Of a stretch of 12,085 bases of DNA, positions 1 to 7,513 are shown piece by piece. Origin of the DNA: Marine Group I thaumarchaeote. GTDB taxonomy: Archaea > Thermoproteota > Nitrososphaeria > Nitrososphaerales > Nitrosopumilaceae. A program made the translations under genes and the position numbers. Each line of letters starts with the position of its first letter. The stretch's first letter is position 1. Location: the NCBI GenBank assembly GCA_044358425.1, contig CP054849.1, positions 794,526 through 806,610 on the forward strand. The letters run 5' to 3'. The notes under the pieces were generated by a model that was given only the letters and a program-made list of their open reading frames with translations, was not told the origin of the DNA and made no database searches.

Positions 1-51
1 TTTCACGTAGCTGTTTTCGAGACAGCCGCCTTACCACTTGGCTACCCCGGC
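1..51 (-). tRNA. tRNA-Ser(CGA), 5' part only; 3' end lies outside the window
   Basis: The reverse complement reads GCCGGGG TA GCCAAGTGGTAAGGC G GCTGT CTCGAAA ACAGC TACGTGAAA...: acceptor stem 5' strand, D-arm with GG, a 5-bp anticodon stem around a 7-nt loop with anticodon CGA (plus 17-19), then the start of a long class II variable arm. No intron at the canonical 37/38 position. Confidence 0.95.
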
Positions 52-73
52 AATAAATCTAGAATAATCTTCA

Positions 74-80
74 TAATAAA
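74..80 (-). promoter_or_regulatory. TATA-like box for the tRNA-Ser gene
   Basis: TTTATTA on the minus strand, 23-29 nt upstream of the mature tRNA 5' end. The same heptamer sits at a similar distance upstream of psmB (9619-9625). Confidence 0.5.
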
Positions 81-99
81 ACAAATGGGTTATCTAAGA

Positions 100-363
100 C
101 TAATTGTCTATGTCAAAGAGTTCACTTTGAAATCGTTTTTTGATTTGTTCCTTCGTTTTATCCCATTCTTCATCAGTAATGGTGTCAGAAAATATAGAAT
201 TAAAATTAGAAAACACATCTTGACCAGATATGGAATTAATCATTGAACGTTCCTGTTCAGATAATGGAAAATATGAGGTAATTTTTTCAATAGATTGATC
301 AGGATTAAATTTTATTTGAAAAATTTTATCAGTTAATTCCAAAGGAATATCTGTGATTTCCAT
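100..363 (-). CDS. Small acidic hypothetical protein (87 aa from ATG at 363; the ORF track extends to a TTG at 375)
   Basis: Fills the space between the tRNA and fen and has a normal globular composition. TTTAATA on the minus strand (388-394) lies 25 nt upstream of ATG 363, favouring that start. No family recognised. Confidence 0.75.
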   Translation of the reverse strand: MEITDIPLELTDKIFQIKFNPDQSIEKITSYFPLSEQERSMINSISGQDVFSNFNSIFSDTITDEEWDKTKEQIKKRFQSELFDIDN

Positions 364-433
364 AACAAGTAACAATTAGTTGATCGATATTAAAGGATAA
401 AGACAAAATACTACAAATAGACAAAATTGGAGT

Positions 434-1456
434 ATGGGATTAAACCTAAAAGATTTAGTCATTCGAGAGAAAACAACACTAGACTCATTTTCAAATAAAA
501 TTATAGCAATTGATGCATACAATGCAATTTATCAATTCTTAGCTAGTATCAGAGGTCCAGACGGGTTACAATTGACAGATTCAGAAGGTAGAATCACTAG
601 TCATTTGAGCGGATTATTATACAGAAATGTAAATTTTTTGTCATTAGGAATCAAACCAGTCTATGTTTTTGATGGAAAACCACCGTCACTTAAAACAGCA
701 GAAATTGAACGCAGAAAACAAATCAAAAAAGATGCAACTGTAAAATATGAAAAGGCAATTTCAGAAGGGAATTTAGAGGATGCAAGAAAATTTGCACAGC
801 AAACTACCAGCATGAAAGATGGGATGGTAAAAGAATCAAAAGAATTTTTAACGCATTTTGGAATTCCATACATCGAAGCACCATCGGAAGGAGAAGCTAC
901 TGCAGCACATCTTACAAATACAGGACAAGCTTATGCTTCGGCAAGTCAAGATTATGATTCAATCTTATGTGGGGCAAAGAAGTTAGTAAGAAATTTTACA
1001 AGTAGTGGAAGAAGAAAAATTCCAAACAGGAATACCTACATTGATGTTGTTCCAGAAATTATTGAAACTCAAAAAACACTTGAATCAATTCAAATGAGCA
1101 GAGAAGAATTAATTGATGTGGGAATTTTAATTGGGACGGATTTTAATCCAAATGGATTTGAAAGAATTGGTCCAAAAACAGCATTAAAATTGATTAAACA
1201 ACATAAGAGACTTGAAGATATACCTCAAATTCAAGAACAGTTAAATGAAATTGAGTTTGAACAGATAAGAAAAATTTTCCTAAATCCAGAAGTGGCAAAA
1301 GTTGAAGAGATTACATTCAGTGAAGTAGATTATGAAGGGATTGTAAATTATCTAGTTAAAGAAAGAAGTTTTTCTGAAGATAGAATTCAATCAACTTTAA
1401 ACAGATTAAAAAAAGCACTAGAAAAAAAGAGTCAGAATCTAGATCAGTGGTTTTAA
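434..1456 (+). CDS. fen: Flap endonuclease 1 (XPG/Rad2 family)
   Basis: Motifs [47 protein letters not shown] and GPKTA (H3TH), plus a C-terminal PCNA-binding tail [10 protein letters not shown]-like GGAG at 429-432. Confidence 0.98.
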   Translation: MGLNLKDLVIREKTTLDSFSNKIIAIDAYNAIYQFLASIRGPDGLQLTDSEGRITSHLSGLLYRNVNFLSLGIKPVYVFDGKPPSLKTAEIERRKQIKKDATVKYEKAISEGNLEDARKFAQQTTSMKDGMVKESKEFLTHFGIPYIEAPSEGEATAAHLTNTGQAYASASQDYDSILCGAKKLVRNFTSSGRRKIPNRNTYIDVVPEIIETQKTLESIQMSREELIDVGILIGTDFNPNGFERIGPKTALKLIKQHKRLEDIPQIQEQLNEIEFEQIRKIFLNPEVAKVEEITFSEVDYEGIVNYLVKERSFSEDRIQSTLNRLKKALEKKSQNLDQWF

Positions 1457-1496
1457 GATATTTTGATTTAATAACTAGTTCATTCAATTTTAAAAA

Positions 1497-2024
1497 ATGC
1501 CTCAAACAGAAGCAAGAAAAACCCTAAAGGATGCTCCAATAATGTGGAGACGTATCAACTCAATAGGCATGATATTAGACTGTAATTCAACATATGCAGC
1601 AAATTTAGGATATGCAAAATCAGAGATTTTAGGTAAACCAATTTTTGAGCACGTACCAAAAGAGTCATGGGAATCAATGAATGAATCATTAAAGATTTGG
1701 TTTGAAACAGGAAAAGTAACAGATAGAAAAATTACATTTATCAGACAAGACAAAAGTACATTTTCAGGATTATTGCAGGCAACTAGTCTTTATGATGAAA
1801 ATAAAAATTTGATTGGAAGTAATACAGTGATTTTTGATTTAACAAAAATGTCAGAAGAAAATATTGCAAAATATCAACAATTTTTTGAGGAATCAAATAA
1901 AAAATTAAAACAAATTAAAGAAAATGAATATGAACAATTAGATAAAGAGTCAAAATCAGAATATGAAGGATTAAAACAAATGTTTGAAATGTTGTTAAAA
2001 ATAAATTTAATGCAATTAAAATAA
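1497..2024 (+). CDS. Stand-alone PAS domain protein with a C-terminal helical extension
   Basis: PAS signature: GMILDCNSTYAANLGY-x3-EILGKPI, F-x-R-x-D-x-S-x-F, S-L-Y-D-E-N-x-x-x-x-G and V-x-F-D-L-T. About 55 charged helical residues follow, with no kinase or HTH motif. TTTAATA at 1467-1473 is about 25 nt upstream of the ATG. Confidence 0.85.
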   Translation: MPQTEARKTLKDAPIMWRRINSIGMILDCNSTYAANLGYAKSEILGKPIFEHVPKESWESMNESLKIWFETGKVTDRKITFIRQDKSTFSGLLQATSLYDENKNLIGSNTVIFDLTKMSEENIAKYQQFFEESNKKLKQIKENEYEQLDKESKSEYEGLKQMFEMLLKINLMQLK

Positions 2025-2028
2025 TTTT

Positions 2029-3927
2029 TTAAGATTTGTTTTCAACAATTTTTTGAATTTCTGTAACTGCAGAAATATCATCTAAAGTACTAGTATCTCC
2101 AATAGTTTCACCACTACCAATAGATTTTAACAATCGTCGCATAATTTTTCCGCTACGAGTTTTGGGCAGTTTTGGAACAAAGTAGATTTGTTTAGGGGTG
2201 GCAATTGCACCGATATCATTTCTAATTTGATTAAAAAGTGCTTTTTCTAAAATCGATTTATCAGTTGAAATATTTTCTTTTAAAACAACAAATGCAATAA
2301 TTACATCGCCTTTTATTTCATCAGGAATTCCACATACAGCCGATTCAGCTACATTATCATTTGAAACAATGCAACTTTCCAATTCTGCAGTTCCAATTCT
2401 ATGACCAGCAATTTTTAAAACGTCATCAGCACGTCCTAAAATCCAAAAATATCCATCTTCATCTTTAACTGCATAATCACCTGCATAGTAACAATCAGCG
2501 TATTTTGACCAGTAAACTGTCTTGTATTTCTCATCATCACCCCATAACGTTTGAAGCATTCCTGGCCAAGGATTTCGAATTATTAGATATCCTTTGGTAT
2601 TAGGAGGAACTTCAGTTCCAAATTCATCCACTACTGAAATTTCTACACCAGGAATAGGCAAAGTTCCAGAACCAGGCTTCAAAGGAATTGTCTCCAATCC
2701 AGGTAAAGAAGAAATCATCATACCACCAGTTTCTGTTTGCCACCATGTATCAATAATAGGACATTTTTCTTTTCCAATTACTTTGTAGTACCATTTCCAT
2801 ACTTCAGGATTAATTGGCTCACCAACAGTTCCAAGTAAACGCAGAGAAGATAAATCAAAAGAATTAGGAATTTGATCCCCAAATTTCATAAACATTCGAA
2901 GTGCTGTTGGAGTAGTGTAAAAAATAGAAACTTTGTATTTTTGTAAAATCTTCCACATTCTAGACATGTCAGGAAAATCAGGTGCGCCTTCATACATCAC
3001 TTGTGTTGCACCATGAAGTAATGGAGCATAAACTACATAGCTATGACCAGTTACCCATCCAATATCAGCAGTACAAAAAAATACATCAGAGTCTTTTATG
3101 TCAAATGCCCATTGAAATGTAGAATACAAATGAGTAAGATATCCACCAGTTTCATGTAAAACACCTTTTGGTTTTCCAGTAGTACCTGAAGTATACAAAA
3201 TGTAAAGAGGATGTTCACTGTCTAACTTTTCAGCATCACAGGAATCAGAAACGTTTTGCATCAAGTCAGTCCAGAGTTTATCTTTAGATGAAATGGTAAT
3301 TTCATTTTTGGTTCTCTCCAATACAATTACATTTTTTACAAATTCAAAATCCTTTATTGCATCATCAATTACTTCTTTTAATTTAACAATTTTTCCTCGT
3401 CTAAAACCACCATCAGCAGTAATTACAATTTTAGACTTTGAGTCATCAATTCTATCTTTAATTGAAGCAGCACTAAATCCTGAAAATATTACAGTGTGTA
3501 TGGCACCAATTCTTGCACATGCAAGCATTGCAATTGGTAATTCAGGAACCATTGGTAGGTAAATTGTTACTCGATCTCCTTTTTGAACACCAAGAGATTT
3601 TAAGACATTTGCAAATTTTTGAACTTCTTTGAATAAATCACCATAAGTGTAGATTTTAGAATCACCATTTTCACCCTCCCACAGAATTGCAGGTTTTTGT
3701 GACTTTGTTTTCTGATGTATGTCTAAAGTATTGTATGAAGCGTTGATTTTTCCTCCTACAAACCATTTGGCAAATGGTGAATTCCAATCCAGAGTACGCT
3801 CCCAAGGGCTAAACCAAGTCAGATTATGAGCTTGTTTATCCCAAAAAGAGATAAAATCAGATTGAGCATTTTTACGTACATCCACATCATTGTTGCCTAA
3901 TCCAATTTCATATTTTTCAGTCAACAA
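2029..3927 (-). CDS. acs: AMP-forming acetyl-CoA synthetase (acetate-CoA ligase), TTG start
   Basis: [15 protein letters not shown]-loop, [34 protein letters not shown] and [12 protein letters not shown] (acetylatable Lys). TTTAAAA on the minus strand near 3948-3954 supports the TTG start. Confidence 0.95.
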   Translation of the reverse strand: MLTEKYEIGLGNNDVDVRKNAQSDFISFWDKQAHNLTWFSPWERTLDWNSPFAKWFVGGKINASYNTLDIHQKTKSQKPAILWEGENGDSKIYTYGDLFKEVQKFANVLKSLGVQKGDRVTIYLPMVPELPIAMLACARIGAIHTVIFSGFSAASIKDRIDDSKSKIVITADGGFRRGKIVKLKEVIDDAIKDFEFVKNVIVLERTKNEITISSKDKLWTDLMQNVSDSCDAEKLDSEHPLYILYTSGTTGKPKGVLHETGGYLTHLYSTFQWAFDIKDSDVFFCTADIGWVTGHSYVVYAPLLHGATQVMYEGAPDFPDMSRMWKILQKYKVSIFYTTPTALRMFMKFGDQIPNSFDLSSLRLLGTVGEPINPEVWKWYYKVIGKEKCPIIDTWWQTETGGMMISSLPGLETIPLKPGSGTLPIPGVEISVVDEFGTEVPPNTKGYLIIRNPWPGMLQTLWGDDEKYKTVYWSKYADCYYAGDYAVKDEDGYFWILGRADDVLKIAGHRIGTAELESCIVSNDNVAESAVCGIPDEIKGDVIIAFVVLKENISTDKSILEKALFNQIRNDIGAIATPKQIYFVPKLPKTRSGKIMRRLLKSIGSGETIGDTSTLDDISAVTEIQKIVENKS

Positions 3928-3959
3928 AAAGTGTATGAAATTAGATTTTTTTAAATGTT

Positions 3960-3978
3960 AAAAAATAAATTAAAAAAA
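3960..3978 (-). terminator. Oligo-T tracts after cdvA
   Basis: The minus strand reads TAA-TTTTTTT-AATTTATTTTTT right after the cdvA stop, just ahead of the acs TATA box. Confidence 0.45.
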
Positions 3979-4857
3979 TTATTGTGCTTCCATTCTAGCA
4001 AGCCAATCATTATCGTTGTCGTCATGTGATGTTTCTGATGTCACCTGTTGTGGTGGTTCTGGAAATGCAAATGTCACTTCAGATTCAGTTGGTGGCTCTG
4101 GTATAGGGGATACTTGAGCTTCAATTGGTTCAGAAGGTGTTACGATTGGTTCTGTTGGTGCTTCTGGAAGTATTGTTTGAATCACTTGTTGTGGTTCAGG
4201 AGTCTCCAGATATGTAACGGCAGATTCTTGAATATTTTTTTCTGCAGGAGCAGTTATCTCTTGCACTTCCAATTCTAAATCAGCAATTCTACTCTTTACA
4301 TTTGAAATTTCAGATTGTTCATGTGTTACATGCTCAATTACCTCAGTTGTGCATGATTTCACAGTTTCAAATGTTGCCTCAGAGATTTCATTGCTTTTGA
4401 ATTGTACTTTTGCATCAAATGATAACATCTTTGCAGATTTCATTTGTGTATCCAACTCAATCAATCTTTCCTCAAGTTTAGATTTGATTTCACTTTCCAT
4501 TTCGTCTAATGTTGCAAGTTTGAATTTGTATTTTTCATGAATGATTTCTGCATCTGCTTTCATGTCATCATTTTCTGAAACAATATCCATCAATGCTTTT
4601 AGACGACGTAAAGTAAGTTGTTTTTCACGAATTAGTCTTTGGGAATCTAATCTCCATTTTGGTATGAAAATTACATTTTCACCTTGAACTACAAGTTGCT
4701 CAAATTGTATTTGTTGCAATCCTTGAGAACCACAGTCAATACCAACGGATTGAATACTACCGTCAATTTCAGTGATTGTTCCTACGACTTTACCCATGAA
4801 TGTTCCGTACATGTCTTTGACGTTTTTACCGATTATTTCGATATCGTCGTTTGTCAT
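3979..4857 (-). CDS. cdvA: Cell division protein CdvA (PRC-barrel, CdvA helical region, Pro/Glu-rich tail), 292 aa from ATG 4857
   Basis: The N-terminal IGKNVKDMYG-x-x-x-GKVVG PRC-barrel, followed by IPKWR...RRLKAL and a long coiled-coil region, matches CdvA as I recall it from TACK archaea. TTATAC on the minus strand (4878-4883) lies 21-26 nt upstream of ATG 4857. Confidence 0.88.
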   Translation of the reverse strand: MTNDDIEIIGKNVKDMYGTFMGKVVGTITEIDGSIQSVGIDCGSQGLQQIQFEQLVVQGENVIFIPKWRLDSQRLIREKQLTLRRLKALMDIVSENDDMKADAEIIHEKYKFKLATLDEMESEIKSKLEERLIELDTQMKSAKMLSFDAKVQFKSNEISEATFETVKSCTTEVIEHVTHEQSEISNVKSRIADLELEVQEITAPAEKNIQESAVTYLETPEPQQVIQTILPEAPTEPIVTPSEPIEAQVSPIPEPPTESEVTFAFPEPPQQVTSETSHDDNDNDWLARMEAQ

Positions 4858-4990
4858 GGTAATGACTAATGAGATTTGTATAACCGACAAAGTGTAAGAA
4901 ATGTTTTTAGTTTTGGTAAGATTAAATTCACAAAATCCCATTACTGGGCTCAAGAGCAATTTTAAAATTTAGAGTTTTTTTAGTAGAAAT

Positions 4991-5284
4991 ATGATTCAAA
5001 GAGAAGAACTTAATCAAATTCTAAGTTTTGTAGCAAGCAGATGGGATGCAGCAGTAAAAGAACCTGACAATAAAGCAATGGAAGGATTACCTAATGATTT
5101 TTGGATGAATTCAATTGGTGGAAAAACAGCAAAAGGAGGTTTTTGGGTTACAACAATAATGTATACTGAAAATGAAGCTGATGCATCAGGATTCAAAGAA
5201 GTATTGTTAAGATGGCAAAGTAAAGGAAATGACAAAAATAAAGATAAGACTCCCGATCTAATTCAGATTGGAAAAAAGAAATAG
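4991..5284 (+). CDS. Hypothetical protein (97 aa), no recognised family
   Basis: ATG-started ORF filling the cdvA-thyX gap. TTTAAA at 4961-4966 is about 25 nt upstream, and codon use (A/T third positions) resembles the neighbours. Confidence 0.75.
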   Translation: MIQREELNQILSFVASRWDAAVKEPDNKAMEGLPNDFWMNSIGGKTAKGGFWVTTIMYTENEADASGFKEVLLRWQSKGNDKNKDKTPDLIQIGKKK

Positions 5285-5312
5285 AGTATTATAATTGTGA
5301 AATAATTTATTC

Positions 5313-6935
5313 ATGTTGTCAGAATTTTCAAGTACTGAAAAAAAAACTCTATCAGATCACTTTTCAAATACTGAAGATAATGTTTTTGCAATAATTACAC
5401 CACAACAAGTTGATCGTGGTGCACTAATGTCAAGATACAGTAGAACTGACAAAAGTATGAGAAGAATTTTTCTTGATGAATTTTTAAAAAATAAAAACAG
5501 AGGGGAAGAATTCTATGACAGAGTTCTGTTAGAATACGGAGATGATTCTGTAGCAGAATTAGGAGAAGCACAAATTGCAATTGAAGGATTGTCAAACATA
5601 GCAGTAAAAAAAATTGAAGATAGAAGAATAGGCCTATCATATTTAGAAAAATCATCAAGATATGTAACATGGAATAAAAAAGAAAATGGAAAATACAGAT
5701 TCTACAGAGATGAGAAAATTATGAATTCAAAATTTGCTACGGAATATGAAGACAGTTGTAATTTTTCTTTTGAAACATATTCAAACAACATAGAACCAAT
5801 GATAGAATACATTAGAGAAAAATATCCAATTGAAAAATATAGTTTTAAAGATTCAATTGATAAAAAGGAAAAATTATTTTCTAAATTAAAAAACGAATCA
5901 GACATTAAATCTGCGAATATGATTTACAAAGGTTCAACAAAAGCTAAAGCATTAGATATTTTGCGAGGATTACTTCCATCATCAACATTAACCAATGTAG
6001 GAATTACAGGTAATGGAAGAGCATTTGAATATTTACTTACAATCCTAGGCTCATCTGAGCTAGATGAAGAGCAAAAATTAGCCTCAAAAATCAAAAAAGA
6101 ATTAGATACGACAATCAAGTCATTTGTTAGGCGAGCAGACGACAAATATGGAAAGGCATTTCAAAAATATCTTAAGGATGTGAAAAATAAATCAAAGACC
6201 ATTACATTAAAAGAAATTAAATCAAATCCAAAAATTGGGACAATTACAAAAATTGTAGATCATGAAACAGAAAAACAAGCATTAGACAAAATAATCACTT
6301 CAATTATGTATGAACAATCACCTAGCACATCATTTCAAAATATCATGAAACAAGTTAAAAAAATGCCCAAGGCAAAAAAAATCAAAATAATTAACGAATT
6401 TATAAAAATAAGAACCAACAGAAGACATCGACCATCACGTGCATTTGAAAATACATACTATACATTTGATTTGTGTAATAACTTTGGAATGTTTAGAGAT
6501 TTTCACAGACATAGAGCACTTACATTAGAAAGACAATTACTAACAACAGATCATGGATATGTATTACCGAATGAAATCAAAATACTTGGTTTAGAAAAAG
6601 ATTTCAAAGAATGTATGAATAATACTAAAAAGACTTTTGAAAAAATTAGAAATAAATTTCCAGAACAAAGTCAGTATGTAGTAAATTTTGCATATAATTA
6701 TCCATATTTTATGAAATTAAATCTAAGAGAAGCATGTCATTTAATCGAATTAAGAACAATACCTCAAGGTCATATTGATTATAGACGAGTTGCACAAAAT
6801 ATGTACAATCAAATTAACAAAGTACATCCAAATCTTAGTAAAATTATGAAATTTGTAGATTTAAAAGAATACGATCTAGAAAGATTTGAAGCAGAAAAAA
6901 GAACAGAAGAAAAAAGGAAAAAAATCAAGAAATAA
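5313..6935 (+). CDS. thyX: FAD-dependent thymidylate synthase, long two-domain form
   Basis: 540 aa, about twice a normal ThyX. Motifs [36 protein letters not shown] and NGRAF in the first half; [19 protein letters not shown] and QGHIDYR in the second. TTATAA at 5289-5294. Confidence 0.95.
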   Translation: MLSEFSSTEKKTLSDHFSNTEDNVFAIITPQQVDRGALMSRYSRTDKSMRRIFLDEFLKNKNRGEEFYDRVLLEYGDDSVAELGEAQIAIEGLSNIAVKKIEDRRIGLSYLEKSSRYVTWNKKENGKYRFYRDEKIMNSKFATEYEDSCNFSFETYSNNIEPMIEYIREKYPIEKYSFKDSIDKKEKLFSKLKNESDIKSANMIYKGSTKAKALDILRGLLPSSTLTNVGITGNGRAFEYLLTILGSSELDEEQKLASKIKKELDTTIKSFVRRADDKYGKAFQKYLKDVKNKSKTITLKEIKSNPKIGTITKIVDHETEKQALDKIITSIMYEQSPSTSFQNIMKQVKKMPKAKKIKIINEFIKIRTNRRHRPSRAFENTYYTFDLCNNFGMFRDFHRHRALTLERQLLTTDHGYVLPNEIKILGLEKDFKECMNNTKKTFEKIRNKFPEQSQYVVNFAYNYPYFMKLNLREACHLIELRTIPQGHIDYRRVAQNMYNQINKVHPNLSKIMKFVDLKEYDLERFEAEKRTEEKRKKIKK

Positions 6936-6971
6936 AATAATGTTATAATAATATCAAAACATAGAGAAGTC

Positions 6972-7370
6972 ATGACAGAAAAAATTAAAAAAGATCCAGA
7001 AGAATGGAAAAAAGAATTAACTCCAGAACAATATGAAATTTGTATCAATCATGGAACTGAACCACCATTTTCAGGCAAGTACAATGAATCCAAATTAGAA
7101 GGATTTTTCAAATGTGTTTGTTGTGGTGAGAAATTGTTTTCATCAGATTCAAAGTTTGATTCAGGTTCAGGATGGCCTAGTTTCTGGCAACCAGTTTCAG
7201 AAGATAACATAGAATATCTTTCAGATACAGACTATGGAATGGTAAGAACTGAGGTTAACTGTAAAAAATGTGGTTCACATTTAGGACATGTGTTTGATGA
7301 TGGCCCCAAGCCTACAAATCAAAGATATTGTATTAATTCAGTTTCATTGAAACATGAAAAAGATGAATAA
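6972..7370 (+). CDS. msrB: Peptide-methionine (R)-S-oxide reductase, Zn-binding type
   Basis: GTEPPFSG, CxxC (CVCC), KFDSGSGWPSF, RTEVNCKKC, HLGHVF-DGP and catalytic RYCINS (Cys120). TTATAA at 6943-6948. Confidence 0.98.
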   Translation: MTEKIKKDPEEWKKELTPEQYEICINHGTEPPFSGKYNESKLEGFFKCVCCGEKLFSSDSKFDSGSGWPSFWQPVSEDNIEYLSDTDYGMVRTEVNCKKCGSHLGHVFDDGPKPTNQRYCINSVSLKHEKDE

Positions 7371-7397
7371 TTCACAAATTAATCTAGAAATTAATCA

Positions 7398-7405
7398 TTT
7401 TTTTT
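7398..7405 (+). terminator. Oligo-T archaeal intrinsic terminator after msrB
   Basis: T8 run 28 nt after the msrB stop codon. Confidence 0.55.
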
Positions 7406-7471
7406 AAATAAATTCTATTCAAAAATTATTAATAAAACACAATTAAGGTTAAGGAATCAAAGAGAAATAAA

Positions 7472-7513
7472 ATGAACCACAATAACGTGAATTATCAGGA
7501 GAAAAAGATATGA
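7472..7513 (+). other. Candidate upstream ORF / leader peptide MNHNNVNYQEKKI*
   Basis: ATG at 7472 runs 13 codons to TGA 7511-7513, overlapping the hom ATG (ATGA). It contains the hom SD-like AGGAG (7497-7501). TTAAGG-TTAAGG lies at 7443-7454. Confidence 0.3.

Noticed and set aside
1-375. tRNA-anchored integrated element
   Set aside because: The window lies on the 5' side of the tRNA, and I see no integrase or repeated tRNA fragment. The flanking genes are core genes.
4858-4959. 34-aa N-terminal extension of CdvA in the ORF track (TTG at 4959)
   Set aside because: CdvA similarity begins at MTNDD (4857), a TATA-like box lies just upstream of that ATG, and the extension would run through the divergent promoter region.
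5313-6935. Intein or other insertion explaining the long ThyX
   Set aside because: There is no intein C/S...HN junction or LAGLIDADG motif. The extra length is a second ThyX-like domain.
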